Virus record (IMG/VR): IMGVR_UViG_3300025133_000029
Coordinates: 32,001-96,000 of that record
Strand: one strand, 5' to 3'
DNA: 64,000 nt
Source of the DNA: a virus
A program made the translations under genes and the position numbers. The notes below the pieces were generated by a model. That model searched no databases. It was not told where the DNA came from and worked only from the letters and a program-made list of their open reading frames with translations. Numbering within the stretch: the stretch's first letter is position 1; each line of letters begins with the position of its first letter. This document shows positions 10,108-20,392 of the stretch, piece by piece.

Positions 10108-10772
10108 TGTTTACTCATGTTTTCTTTGAGCCTCCTGTAGCTTGGGGACGTCCGCAATACAACAGAAGTTTGGGTATTTTTTATCCCCATAAGCCGTCTC
10201 AGAAGTTTGGTGAGCGTTTAGCAGAAGATGTTCTTTCATCTTTTGATCCTTCAGAGATAGAGCTTCCTCATTTTGAAGCAGGGAGACCTTTGGGAATAGA
10301 TTTGGATTTTGTATTGCCTCGTCCAAAGTCACTTAGGAGAAAAAAAGACCAGGGTGGTTTAATTTGGTTTGGGAAATCCAAGAAAAATGACTTGGACAAC
10401 TTAATTAAAGCTGTGTGGGATGGCTTGTCTAAGGTTATGTGGGATGACGATGGCAGGTTGGTGCAGAGTCGTTCTCGTAAGTTTTATGCAGAGAAGTGGG
10501 GTGCCCCTCGAATTTGTATGCGTGTGTACTACATGAGAGAGGAGCCGGTATTCTTGTGTACTGATTATGGTTTCTCTGAAGGATCCTGGGATGAATCTTT
10601 AGACTCTAAAGATTTTCTAATGATTGATGAGCCTTGCGAACAAGGTAAAGAGAGTTTAGTATTATCTAGAAATGAGGATGGCCATCTAGTTATGCCTCCA
10701 AGAGATTCTAGAGAATATGATGAGCTTCTTTGGTCTTTTATGAGATCGAGGTCGGGAACATTAAATGATTAG
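10107..10772 (+). CDS. rusA: RusA-family Holliday junction resolvase
   Basis: PRPKS...KNDLDNLIKAVWDGL...WDDD catalytic motifs. Confidence 0.85.
   Translation: MFTHVFFEPPVAWGRPQYNRSLGIFYPHKPSQKFGERLAEDVLSSFDPSEIELPHFEAGRPLGIDLDFVLPRPKSLRRKKDQGGLIWFGKSKKNDLDNLIKAVWDGLSKVMWDDDGRLVQSRSRKFYAEKWGAPRICMRVYYMREEPVFLCTDYGFSEGSWDESLDSKDFLMIDEPCEQGKESLVLSRNEDGHLVMPPRDSREYDELLWSFMRSRSGTLND
10594..10614. repeat. dispersed palindrome copy 2 (in rusA, encodes SLDSKD)
   Basis: AATCTTTAGA-C-TCTAAAGATT. Confidence 0.95.
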
Positions 10773-10978
10773 GATTTTTTAGCAATGAAGAGAAAAAATA
10801 GTTCCTCAAAAGGGTCTGATGCAACTAAGGCTTCTAGTGGTTCGGCGAATAAATCCGGGGAGAGCTTTTCTGCTAATTCGGGAAGTCCTCCGATCATACC
10901 AACATGCGCGTCGTGTTCACAATTGCTTACATCTTGTCGGTGTAAAGATAACAATTTGCAGAAGTAGGGAGAGGGGCT

Positions 10979-12703
10979 ATGTTGGGGAGTGCTCCGACTC
11001 CAGAGTCTGATCGTATTGTTCTTGATATTCCGCCGCACATTATGCGCAAGTATATGGAGCGGCGTTTGTCTTTGTGGGCAGAATTTTCAGGAATATATGT
11101 CGATAGGCGTCGTTTTTCTTTTGATGGTCATCAGTATTTGATGCCATTATTTGATGATAGATCGGAGCATATAGTGTTACTGAAGGCAGCTCAGATGGGT
11201 GCCACTGTTTACATGCTCGTTAAGGCGTTTCACATGGCTCTGTACCCACAGAGTTGGGGTTTTGATATTCCGATAAAGATCGGCTTTTATTTTCCCGAGG
11301 CGAGGGGGATTGGGCGAATAGTAAGAGACCGGGTGCAACCTATGTTGGAGTCCTGTTCTGATTTGCGTCCCTACTCAAGAGAAGCACGCCTGGATCTAAA
11401 GCCGGTTGGAAACTCGACTTTGTATTTTCTTTATATGGGTGGTCGGTCCTCCAAGGACTCGGTTCCTCTTAATGCTCTATTTATTGATGAGGTTCGACTC
11501 GTTAATTTACACGATGTTCATCAAACAAATTCTCGACTTTTGCATAGTAAACCCTATAAATTTAAAAATTATGTCTCTACGGCAGGGATGCCTAATAGCG
11601 ACATACATAGACTGTTTTTAAACACAGATAAAAAATGGTTTCATACTATTTGCCAACATTGCGGGACGGAGCAAATTCTTGCACAGGAGTTTCCTGAGTG
11701 CATTGCGGTTCCTGCACCTCACAGCACAGTCCAAGAATATTACTATATCTGTAAGAAACCAACCTGTCGGGGAAGGATAGAAGATAATCAGTTTGGAATG
11801 TATATAGCGGAAAATCCTGGACATGAGTATTCTGGTTATCACATAAGTCAGCTTATTTCTTATAATATTACGCCAAAAGAAATTTGGGAAAGATATAGAG
11901 ACACTACAGATTTCAAAGGTTTCTATAACGATATTTTGGGTCTTCCTTATGTTGATACAAAAAACAAACCAATATCGTTGGATATGCTTGATGATTTTGT
12001 AAATCCTTTCTTGGAGTGGGGCGACAAGTGTGGTGGTCCATACTATGCAGGAATCGATCAAATGATGGGCTACAACTACATGTTTATCATTGAACGACCC
12101 GCGGATAAAAAGTGGAGAATTGTTTGGTTTGAAATCATAGAGGACGAGAAACCATTCAGACGCTGCGCGGAGTTAATGGAAGAGTTTGATGTTCGTGTTT
12201 GTTTATGTGATGCACTTCCGAACGCCACAGAAGCTCTAGAGTTTGCAAATCATTTCAATAAAAGAGTTTTCTTGGCTTTTTCAGGTCAGTTTAAGGACCC
12301 CATAAGCTGGGAGGACGATCACAAGACGAAGAAGAAGCACAAAAAGGCTTCTCCTGAGACGTTTGGCAAATACAAAGTTCTTATAGATGCTTATCAGAGC
12401 TTGGATCATACATTGTCTCGTTTAGGAGAGGGTTGTGTGGAGTGGCCTGATCCAAGAGGACATCTTATTTCTTGTCACCCTTACAACGGGGGGCGCGTAG
12501 ACCATTATCCGATTATGGAGACCCATGCTTATCATCACTTTGATTGCCCGGTAAGAGAGCGTGTTCTTATAGAAGAAGAGACCGGAAAGTCGAGGATGCG
12601 ATGGAACTTTGCAGGGATACAAGATCCGCATGCTCTTTCGGCTTTCAATCTTGCTATGTGGGCATCAGAGAGAAAGAAGAGTACTTTTTCATTTTCATTC
12701 TAA
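10979..12703 (+). CDS. terL: terminase large subunit (GpA-like)
   Basis: Walker A KAAQMGAT, Walker B LFIDE, motif III VSTA, Zn-finger insert, FYNDILGLPY, nuclease YAGID and C-terminal DPH. Confidence 0.85.
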   Translation: MLGSAPTPESDRIVLDIPPHIMRKYMERRLSLWAEFSGIYVDRRRFSFDGHQYLMPLFDDRSEHIVLLKAAQMGATVYMLVKAFHMALYPQSWGFDIPIKIGFYFPEARGIGRIVRDRVQPMLESCSDLRPYSREARLDLKPVGNSTLYFLYMGGRSSKDSVPLNALFIDEVRLVNLHDVHQTNSRLLHSKPYKFKNYVSTAGMPNSDIHRLFLNTDKKWFHTICQHCGTEQILAQEFPECIAVPAPHSTVQEYYYICKKPTCRGRIEDNQFGMYIAENPGHEYSGYHISQLISYNITPKEIWERYRDTTDFKGFYNDILGLPYVDTKNKPISLDMLDDFVNPFLEWGDKCGGPYYAGIDQMMGYNYMFIIERPADKKWRIVWFEIIEDEKPFRRCAELMEEFDVRVCLCDALPNATEALEFANHFNKRVFLAFSGQFKDPISWEDDHKTKKKHKKASPETFGKYKVLIDAYQSLDHTLSRLGEGCVEWPDPRGHLISCHPYNGGRVDHYPIMETHAYHHFDCPVRERVLIEEETGKSRMRWNFAGIQDPHALSAFNLAMWASERKKSTFSFSF

Positions 12704-12708
12704 ACTAA

Positions 12709-12729
12709 AATCTTTAGACTCTAAAGATT
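12709..12729. repeat. dispersed palindrome copy 3 (after terL)
   Basis: AATCTTTAGA-C-TCTAAAGATT. Confidence 0.95.
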
Positions 12730-12744
12730 CTCGGGAGTGTTTTC

Positions 12745-13038
12745 GTGAAACGAGAAATTTATACGTGCGATTTTTGCAAAGAAGATTTTGACCCCAAAGA
12801 AGGAGAAATAAAAGAAAAGCTTATTGGTGTAGATGTCTTTCCGGGTGGGTTTGATCGGAAGTGGATGAAAACATCTCTTTTTTCTGCAAGTAGGCATGTT
12901 TGTGTTATGTGTTTGACTGATTTTTCACTACTTTTTAAAGAGTCACAAGAATCAGTCCACGATGTGTTGGAGAATGCAGAAGAAGCCGTGGAAGAAGTTG
13001 AGGGAGGTGGTGCTATTGGTAAAGAGAAAGTGGGGTAG
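12745..13038 (+). CDS. small Zn-binding hypothetical protein
   Basis: YTCDFC...HVCVMC. Confidence 0.55.
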   Translation: MKREIYTCDFCKEDFDPKEGEIKEKLIGVDVFPGGFDRKWMKTSLFSASRHVCVMCLTDFSLLFKESQESVHDVLENAEEAVEEVEGGGAIGKEKVG

Positions 13039-13040
13039 GC

Positions 13041-13316
13041 ATGGGAAGGAGAGTTTCCTTATTGGAGCTTAGTGCGATCCATACGGCCCTTGGGCTATTG
13101 GGTCGTAAGATATTTCGCATAAAGTGTTGTAATAGCCTAATGCAACAGGTTGATGTCAATAGTATAAGAAGGAGTGATACAACAACACCCTTCAACTTTA
13201 GTAAACTAGTATTGAGGTGCAGTGTTTGCACTAGAGAGATTCAGCTAGATCTGTTTCTTGGTAGATTTCCTGTTTATATGGCATCAAATTATTTATCACA
13301 TGACAACGGGGATTAG
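13041..13316 (+). CDS. small Cys-containing hypothetical protein
   Basis: CC and CxxC motifs; in gene run. Confidence 0.5.
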   Translation: MGRRVSLLELSAIHTALGLLGRKIFRIKCCNSLMQQVDVNSIRRSDTTTPFNFSKLVLRCSVCTREIQLDLFLGRFPVYMASNYLSHDNGD

Positions 13317-13322
13317 AAGAAA

Positions 13323-13661
13323 GTGCCGATTGATATAAAAACACCATTTTGTTCTTATTGGGTTGATGTGGATCCATCGAGATGTCCCGATGGTCCGGTT
13401 GAGAGAGAGATATATCCAGAAGACCTGATGCTGTTTATTATGAATGGATATTCTCCAGATGAGATTGCAGAGAGTTTATTTGCTCCAATCGATGCGATAG
13501 AGCATGCAATCATGCTCATCCCAAAAATGATGGCATGGCGTCGAGATCATTTGGCTAAAGAGTCTGCGGATTTTGATGCCAAACGTTTACCCAGTCTTTC
13601 TGAGGAGTATAGGGTGCCACATGCGAGAGATAATGTTTTGGTAAACGAAAAAATAGATTAG
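13323..13661 (+). CDS. hypothetical protein, possible HTH
   Basis: GYSPDEIAESL resembles a helix-turn-helix. Confidence 0.5.
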   Translation: MPIDIKTPFCSYWVDVDPSRCPDGPVEREIYPEDLMLFIMNGYSPDEIAESLFAPIDAIEHAIMLIPKMMAWRRDHLAKESADFDAKRLPSLSEEYRVPHARDNVLVNEKID

Positions 13662-13694
13662 TTTTTTCAATAGACATCGGGGATTTGAAAAAAA

Positions 13695-14327
13695 ATGGCA
13701 AAGAAAATAAAACGTATTGCACTTATAGGTAATAGCATTCTTGAGGAGGAGGATTGGCAGGCATCTTTGGTTAGTCAGGTAGGGGATTTATTTTCAAAGT
13801 TTTGTGATTCTGAAAATATGGCTCTTGATTTCCCTTGTAGTGTTTCGCCTGCATACGTTCCATTTTTTCCGCGCGGAATTGCTTATGTTGATCATATCAA
13901 AAGAGGGCAGGAGCTTGTTATTGCATCGGCATCTGATGTTACGGTTGTTCTCAACTTAGGTCATTCCTTTGATGGTGGAGGTCCAGAAGATCATCATTTG
14001 GAGGCTTTAATTCAAGCTTCGAATCTTTTGATAATATGGACCCCTACATCAGTGCACGTTGATGAGGTTTTACCGAATGATGTGGTGGGGAAAAATGCGG
14101 GGGTAATACCAGTAAGTGGCTCTGTTGGGGTTCTTGCGGCGGTTGTGTTGTATATTTGCTTAGAAAATGATTGGTCACTACAATTGAATACGCCAATCTC
14201 ATTGGCCTTGGGTGAATTTAATGACGATTCTGATTCTTTAGATTCTAAAGAAGAGGTTGAATTAGAAATAGAAGTTGAAATTATTGAAAAGTTAAAAGTT
14301 CCCGAGCCTGAAAAGGGTCTTCAGTAG
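13695..14327 (+). CDS. hypothetical protein
   Basis: 210-aa ORF. Confidence 0.6.
   Translation: MAKKIKRIALIGNSILEEEDWQASLVSQVGDLFSKFCDSENMALDFPCSVSPAYVPFFPRGIAYVDHIKRGQELVIASASDVTVVLNLGHSFDGGGPEDHHLEALIQASNLLIIWTPTSVHVDEVLPNDVVGKNAGVIPVSGSVGVLAAVVLYICLENDWSLQLNTPISLALGEFNDDSDSLDSKEEVELEIEVEIIEKLKVPEPEKGLQ
14234..14252. repeat. dispersed palindrome copy 4 (in CDS, encodes SLDSKE)
   Basis: TTCTTTAGA-T-TCTAAAGAA. Confidence 0.85.
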
Positions 14328-14422
14328 TTGTTTTCACTTGAATATTTTCTTTGATCTTTTTTCTTTTTTTAGATAGTTTGTGAATCATCTTCTCATTTAT
14401 TGTACGTTTTCTGGAGAAAGTA

Positions 14423-14743
14423 ATGAACAGAGCAGAGTTTTTAGACAAAATGTTTATCTCACAACTGGGAAGTGGCAATAAAGTTTTTGAGCGAGCGGAG
14501 CTTGAGGAAGCTTTTGATTTATTTTCCATGGTTATGCAGAACGTTCTCCTAGAGGGAGATGTTGTATATTTCAGAGAGTTTATGAAAATATCTGTCAAAA
14601 GAACTAAGCCAAAGGTTGGCAGGAATCCACAGACTGGTGATTCTATTGATATTCCAGCAAAGAATATTCTAAAAGTAACTCTTATGGATAAATTCGATCA
14701 GAGGTTGAATAGTTTGCCCGAGTATCCTTTAGCAGGCATATGA
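14423..14743 (+). CDS. HU/IHF-family DNA-binding protein
   Basis: MNRAE start and GRNPQTGDSIDIPA arm motif; GGAG RBS. Confidence 0.9.
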   Translation: MNRAEFLDKMFISQLGSGNKVFERAELEEAFDLFSMVMQNVLLEGDVVYFREFMKISVKRTKPKVGRNPQTGDSIDIPAKNILKVTLMDKFDQRLNSLPEYPLAGI

Positions 14744-14750
14744 TAGATAA

Positions 14751-15335
14751 ATGGGTGTGATCGTTAGATTCTTCAGAATATCCTCACCAATTATTCAGAG
14801 GGATTTTAGGATGGGTTTCCTTATTGACTCAAGACCATCCTTAGTCAAAGAGAATAACGAGAGAGAAGATATTAAATCGAGGTTAGTATATTGGGATAAA
14901 AAGGTTCTCCAAGCTCCTGGTCGTGATTCAAAAAGACATTTCTTCGAAGATATAGAAGAGGGTGGTGAGGATGAGATTCCATCTACATTATTGGGAAAGG
15001 GAGTAAACAGGGAGGCAGGGGATGAGGAGGTAATAGAAAGACAATACGCTCTTCTCCCAAAGAAAGAAGAGGAGAATGAGTTTATCCCGATAGATAATAT
15101 ACGTGTTCCATTACTGGGGGCGCAGACAAAGGGTGCGGCAGTAAGGGCAATCTTTTTGAAAATAATTGAGCATCCAGAATACAAGTCTTCAGGGGTCGTG
15201 GGTTTCTTTATATGTCCTCTGGATGTTCCTTCAAAGAAATTGATAAATGCTTCTTCGTTTCAAACATCTGTAGCATTTTTGGATTCAAATTATTTGGATT
15301 TATGGATGGGGGATTCGTATCAGGTATATATCTAA
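14751..15335 (+). CDS. hypothetical protein
   Basis: ORF in run; start may be ATG at 14811. Confidence 0.55.
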   Translation: MGVIVRFFRISSPIIQRDFRMGFLIDSRPSLVKENNEREDIKSRLVYWDKKVLQAPGRDSKRHFFEDIEEGGEDEIPSTLLGKGVNREAGDEEVIERQYALLPKKEEENEFIPIDNIRVPLLGAQTKGAAVRAIFLKIIEHPEYKSSGVVGFFICPLDVPSKKLINASSFQTSVAFLDSNYLDLWMGDSYQVYI

Positions 15336-15360
15336 GTAGAGGAATGGTGGGTGTAAAGAA

Positions 15361-15762
15361 ATGCGTAGAGTGTGTGTCTTTGGAGGAGCGGTTCTTTTTT
15401 TGTTTCTGCTTTTGTCTTGTAGGGTTCGGCAGAAGTTTGTTCAGGGCAAGACCGGTGTCCATTGTAATTCGATAAAAAACAACAAGAGATATAAGCGCGT
15501 AAAAAAGTCGTGCAATTATCATGTTAGAGAGCATATGCTTTCTATGGAGGCTTACTTTTCAGGATCCCTAAAGGTGTGCAAAAGGAGTCAGGTTTCACTT
15601 TATTATTTAGTAATGAACAAGTGCATAAAAATACTTATGGGGAAAGATTCCAGGTGTTCTGTTTTGGGCATAGAAATGTCGTTATTACCAAAGAATTGTA
15701 ACGAAATTGTTAATATGTTCTTTTTGTTCAAAGAGGAAGTGGAGAAGATACATTATGAGTGA
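15361..15762 (+). CDS. putative Cys-rich lipoprotein
   Basis: Basic N-terminus, hydrophobic stretch and lipobox-like LLSC. Confidence 0.4.
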   Translation: MRRVCVFGGAVLFLFLLLSCRVRQKFVQGKTGVHCNSIKNNKRYKRVKKSCNYHVREHMLSMEAYFSGSLKVCKRSQVSLYYLVMNKCIKILMGKDSRCSVLGIEMSLLPKNCNEIVNMFFLFKEEVEKIHYE

Positions 15763-16192
15763 GATACCTTTGCCTCCAACATATGATCGTATTTGTATTC
15801 AGCGTGGTCATCGTTACGAGGGGCAAGATGCTAAACTGGTGAGGTTTCGCGGTAACAATATTATTGTTGAATTTAAGGATGAGCATCAGGAGGAGTTTCA
15901 TCGTTCTTCTATGGTGACCAAAGGAGGCCCCAGAGCCAGAAGAGCAGCTAGGCTGGCCAAATCAAAGATGTCTGAAGAGACGCTAGCAGGCAAAATAAAG
16001 GATTTAATAATAAAGAGAGGGGGGATGCTTAAGCACGACATTATACATTTTTTCAAGGATCGAGCTTTGCGTGTGGAAGTGGAGTTTTGTATACAAAAAT
16101 GTAAAGATGACTATGGCTTGACAACCGACCCAAGGAAAGCAGATCCTAGAAAAGGGGGAAATGGGACGTTTTATTGCTTCCCCGAAGAATAG
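15755..16192 (+). CDS. hypothetical basic protein
   Basis: Start reassigned to MSEIPLP with GGAG upstream. Confidence 0.55.
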   Translation: MSEIPLPPTYDRICIQRGHRYEGQDAKLVRFRGNNIIVEFKDEHQEEFHRSSMVTKGGPRARRAARLAKSKMSEETLAGKIKDLIIKRGGMLKHDIIHFFKDRALRVEVEFCIQKCKDDYGLTTDPRKADPRKGGNGTFYCFPEE

Positions 16193-16204
16193 GAGCGATT
16201 TGCA

Positions 16205-16627
16205 GTGGTTGGGGATGATGATTTTTCTGGGTTTGGATTCCCTGTTTTGGATGCGCCCAGTATATTACTTTCAGAGTTTGGTATAGAGGGTTTACCCTCC
16301 CGGCAAATGTCTTTAGGGGAAGGGGTTTGGTCTTGGGATAATTTGTCAGAGGATGAAATAGATACGTATGTATACTTTATGCAAGAGGGTGGGGAATCTG
16401 GACCGATCAAAATAGGGATTAGTCGAAATCCTTATAAAAGAAGATCGAAGTTACAGACAGGGAATTCGAAATATATTAGATTAGTGGCGTATAGAAAGGG
16501 TATGAGGTGTGATGAAGATAGGCTTCATTATCTTTTCGCAAGAGATCGAGAGCGTGGGGAATTTTTCAAACTATCCCAAGATTTGATAGACTTGCTTCGA
16601 GATTGGTTTGGTGAGGGGATTATTTAG
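16205..16627 (+). CDS. GIY-YIG (T5orf172/MUG113-like) nuclease domain protein
   Basis: YVYFMQ...IKIGISRNP..R...LQTGN...E..LH..F.....RGEFF. Confidence 0.8.
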   Translation: MVGDDDFSGFGFPVLDAPSILLSEFGIEGLPSRQMSLGEGVWSWDNLSEDEIDTYVYFMQEGGESGPIKIGISRNPYKRRSKLQTGNSKYIRLVAYRKGMRCDEDRLHYLFARDRERGEFFKLSQDLIDLLRDWFGEGII

Positions 16628-16642
16628 CGGGGTCTTTCAATT

Positions 16643-16891
16643 TTGGCTTTCTTGAACACAACAATGGTCGTCATGTGTCAGTGTCCTTATAGATATGGGG
16701 AAGCTGACTTGTATAAGACGATGGTGGTCTTAGAAGACAAGAGAGCTTGGTTTGAGTTAGGGGATCGAGCTTATATGATAATACTTGAGTTGCATGCACA
16801 TGTGATAAGGATGAGATGGTCGATGCCAGAAGGTTTCGACACATTAGTTCGCGGGATAGCAGACGAGGGGTTTTGGGGAATAAAATCGTAA
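16643..16891 (+). CDS. hypothetical protein
   Basis: Short ORF filling the gap; start uncertain. Confidence 0.35.
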   Translation: MAFLNTTMVVMCQCPYRYGEADLYKTMVVLEDKRAWFELGDRAYMIILELHAHVIRMRWSMPEGFDTLVRGIADEGFWGIKS

Positions 16892-16911
16892 AACTTTAGA
16901 CTCTAAAGTTT
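16891..16911. repeat. dispersed palindrome copy 5
   Basis: AAACTTTAGA-C-TCTAAAGTTT. Confidence 0.9.
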
Positions 16912-17051
16912 GATTGTATAAATAAAAGCTCTTGTGCAAGAAAAGTGTTTTTTGTATGATTGCACACAGCCCCATTCATACTGTGGCTATGTGACTTTTA
17001 TTTATATTCTATCGATTTTATAAATATCTCTCAGGCTTTGGAGAGTGCAAG

Positions 17052-17436
17052 TGTGTCCGAGAAAAAAACGGATAAGTCTATACATCTTGTTCCGGTGCCC
17101 GAGTCATTGGGGGGCGATGAGGAAGAGAATCAAAGGATAAAGAGGCGGCTTGGACTTGGAATTGATAATTATGCAACTCGTGAAGAAGCTCGATCTATCT
17201 TCCAGTTTAGGAAATTTTCTGCGCCTGTTCCCATAATCAAGGATGGTGAGGTTATTGGGATATACTTGCATAAAGGAAAGCGTCGTCGCTTTAGAGATAG
17301 GTATTGTGATCTTTGCAATAAACAACTGGAAACAAGTCCAAAGATAACAGACCATAGTGATCCTTCGATGCCTTTATATTTTTGTTCTGAAGAGTGTGCG
17401 GATTCCTGGAGATTGGACGAGGAGATTGGAATATAA
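17052..17436 (+). CDS. TRASH/YHS-like Zn-binding protein
   Basis: CDLC...YFCSEEC; GTG start with GGAG upstream. Confidence 0.5.
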
Positions 17437-19055
17437 TGTCAAAAAGTGTTTGGTTCGTTCGTCGTTGTCGGGGTGAGAGGGCGGGGCTTTGTCCTTCGCG
17501 GTTTATTAAGGGTCGGCATATAATTGCTTCTGATGGGATGGAGGCAATAAAGTTGTATCTATTTCACTATAATGGTTGGGTAGAGAGTTCACTTGGTGCA
17601 GTAGAGCATTCTCATGTTTTTGAAAACTATACATCGGGAATTCGTTGGGACATTAAGGTTTACTCAGAGGGTCTGAAAAGAGAACCCCTCCTCCTCCTGG
17701 CGCAGTGTATGTTTTCTTTTGATGGGAAAAAGAAAGAGAGAGTTTTTCTGTGGCCGAGTGATGATAGTGCCGATATGGCAACGACTCCTGGGCTACATGT
17801 TTCCTTTCCTTCTATTTCTTCAGATATTGAAGAGATGGTTGCTTCGCTAGGAGTTGGATTTTATTCTGGTAAGGTTTATTCAGAAAATCCGATGTCGTAT
17901 AAGCACGATGTTGTTTTGGCGGAAAGTGAAGTCGGCGTTGCGAAATTGCTATACGTAGATGCTACAGAAGTTCAAGATTTGGATCCGAGTTTGCTTGAGG
18001 AGCGATCGGGAGAGTACTCGAGTAGGGGATCTGTTTTGCAGATAGATGTTTTTCCCCATCAAAATGTTTATACTTTTGCGCAAGTTTCTGCAGATCAACA
18101 TTCTCTTCGGAGTTCAGTGTTTGAGGATCTGGGGGTTCCCCCGCTGGGGAGTGCGGCGTTTACGGAGGGTGTTGCAGAGGGGATGTATCCAAAGCAGCCT
18201 CTTTACTCTGGGGAGAGTATGCTAATCAAACGATCGGATGAGGTTCCAACAGAGCATCGTGTCTGGCGTTTTGGTGATAAGGATCGAGATAAGGAGATAT
18301 TTACAAGAGGAGGTTTGCGGGTTGTCGATGTCAGTGTCGGGGAGAAGCCTTGCTATCTATGGAAGGTTGTCCTAGATGTGTTGTGGGCAGGGGAGAAGAA
18401 GTCATACGCGGCAGTACTACTTGCGGGGAGTGGTGAAGATGCAGTTGTTTCTTATTTTACTCACTTCTTTAAACATCTCCCCTTTCGCTCGGAAACTCCT
18501 TTTGTTTTAGAGGATTTGGTTACATCGCAAGTATTATGTCTTAATCGATCGAATAGTTCTTTCTGCATCGAAGCATCGAGAATTACTCATGGAAAGGGTG
18601 AGTGGGGTGAGGCGCCTGCAGACTTTGCTTGTGAGGGGGAGAGTGGGATTTCTTTGCTAGAAGAGGCAAGGGATCGACAGGATGGTGGAGACATGGGTCT
18701 GTATATTACCGTTTTGTATACCACGACCAATAGGAGAAAGGGCTACATCCGAAGTTATGCAAAGTCACCCATACAGGCGGCAGCGTTATCGTTGGTTCAT
18801 TGGACAGCAGTCCTCCCCAAGATTGGTGACGGAGCTTTGTATAACATGGGCGATCTGCAGACATCTTTACATGGGAAGGATTGCGACATCGTTCCTGCTG
18901 GGAAGATGTATGATGTGTTGGCAGAGTACACTGGCCTGCCAACACGACATGATTGCATTGAGTGTGAAGGAGATATCTTGGCAGGGCGGGTAGGGGAGCC
19001 GGAGAAGGATGGGGAAGAGTCTGTGGAATCTGTGAAAAATGGAGAAAATCTTTAG
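17436..19055 (+). CDS. hypothetical protein with repeated small modules
   Basis: TAATG coupling to the previous gene; stop codon lies inside a palindrome copy. Confidence 0.65.
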   Translation: MSKSVWFVRRCRGERAGLCPSRFIKGRHIIASDGMEAIKLYLFHYNGWVESSLGAVEHSHVFENYTSGIRWDIKVYSEGLKREPLLLLAQCMFSFDGKKKERVFLWPSDDSADMATTPGLHVSFPSISSDIEEMVASLGVGFYSGKVYSENPMSYKHDVVLAESEVGVAKLLYVDATEVQDLDPSLLEERSGEYSSRGSVLQIDVFPHQNVYTFAQVSADQHSLRSSVFEDLGVPPLGSAAFTEGVAEGMYPKQPLYSGESMLIKRSDEVPTEHRVWRFGDKDRDKEIFTRGGLRVVDVSVGEKPCYLWKVVLDVLWAGEKKSYAAVLLAGSGEDAVVSYFTHFFKHLPFRSETPFVLEDLVTSQVLCLNRSNSSFCIEASRITHGKGEWGEAPADFACEGESGISLLEEARDRQDGGDMGLYITVLYTTTNRRKGYIRSYAKSPIQAAALSLVHWTAVLPKIGDGALYNMGDLQTSLHGKDCDIVPAGKMYDVLAEYTGLPTRHDCIECEGDILAGRVGEPEKDGEESVESVKNGENL

Positions 19056-19067
19056 ACTCTAAAGATC
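19047..19067. repeat. dispersed palindrome copy 6 (supplies both stops of convergent genes)
   Basis: AATCTTTAGA-C-TCTAAAGATC. Confidence 0.95.
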
Positions 19068-20237
19068 CTTCCTTTTAAATATTCCAGAGATGAAAGTGTG
19101 AAATCTTCTCCAGAGTGTTGGTTTATTTGTGAGAAGCAATCTTGTTGTGAGTTGATTATTGCTTCGCTCGAGGGTTTCGTTGTGTTCGACAAGTGTTTGT
19201 ATTGTTTTGGCAAGTCTTCTGATGAAGTCTCGTTTTTTGTGTCCCTCGCCTGCCTCATCAATGCTTCTTGGTGTGAGCGATGGGTTGATGTCTGCGGGTA
19301 GGTTTTCTATGAAGCCATAGGCTTGGAAGAAGGGCTTTTTGTCTTGGGGAGACCATCTTTCGAGTTCTACTGTGCCTATATGCATATGCTCCATTACAAA
19401 TAAGGAGTATGCCAGCTCTTCTTGGGATAGAAGCTTTAAGGTTTCGAACTCATCTCCTCTGATGCCGAGATGTATTGACTTTGTTCGCGGGTCGTCTGGG
19501 TCCTCAGCAAAGATAAGAGGATTGGTGGCATCTCCCACATAAGGTCTTCTTGTGGGAACAGAGATCTCTTGTTTTTCTGGTGGATTGAAGGTGATGCTTT
19601 CGTGATGTTTCTCAATTAGCCCGAAGCTTTTGTTGTCGGTGATCGCTTCGGGGTCTGTGACTTTCCCAGTTTCCGCTTGTTTTACTCTAAAGTTTGGTCG
19701 CGGCTTGCCAAGGGCGGTCTGCTGCGCAGCAGTTGCGGAGAGGACGTTTGGTTTTGCTCTATAGGTTCGTATGGGGCCACGACTGACTTGGTTATTGTCT
19801 TCTTCTACTTTGTGAAATTGTTCGGCAAACTTTTCTAAGGATCTATGATCTTCCAGGAGAAGTTGGATTCGATATTTTATTTTGGGGTTACTGCTTTGGT
19901 TGTAAAGGAGGACAAGGTCTTCAATAGCTCCTAATCGAGCGATGTAGGACGGAGGATATGTTTCGGTGATGGCTTTGCTTTTTGTTATATTCCCAGGAGG
20001 TATTTCTATCTCCAGATCTGGCTCTGGGAGTATTAGCTTTGTTTTGTCTGATGTCGGTGGTATGTGAGGAAGCCACGGTTCTATTATCTCATAAACCGAT
20101 GGATTCTCGCTTGGAAATCCATTAGTTTCTATCACTTTCAGCACGTCTTCGTATGCTCCAGATGTTTCTGGAATGGTGACAGTCTTTAAGGTGTTGTCGT
20201 TTTGAAGGACTTCGGGTTTCTTTGTTTCGTTGGACAT
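19059..20237 (-). CDS. hypothetical protein
   Basis: 392-aa ORF with AGGAG RBS; stop codon lies inside the same palindrome. Confidence 0.7.
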   Translation of the reverse strand: MSNETKKPEVLQNDNTLKTVTIPETSGAYEDVLKVIETNGFPSENPSVYEIIEPWLPHIPPTSDKTKLILPEPDLEIEIPPGNITKSKAITETYPPSYIARLGAIEDLVLLYNQSSNPKIKYRIQLLLEDHRSLEKFAEQFHKVEEDNNQVSRGPIRTYRAKPNVLSATAAQQTALGKPRPNFRVKQAETGKVTDPEAITDNKSFGLIEKHHESITFNPPEKQEISVPTRRPYVGDATNPLIFAEDPDDPRTKSIHLGIRGDEFETLKLLSQEELAYSLFVMEHMHIGTVELERWSPQDKKPFFQAYGFIENLPADINPSLTPRSIDEAGEGHKKRDFIRRLAKTIQTLVEHNETLERSNNQLTTRLLLTNKPTLWRRFHTFISGIFKRKDL

Positions 20238-20392
20238 CTTAGGTCTCCTGTTCTGGTTTCTTGGTGGTTGATTCTTATTAGAGAGTTGATTTTTTTTCTA
20301 ATAAGAAAAACCTTGAGTTTCTAGAGAAGTTTAGTATCTTCTGGTTATAGATGTAATGCTTTTTTCAGTTTGAGCAAGAAGGAGACCTTCTG

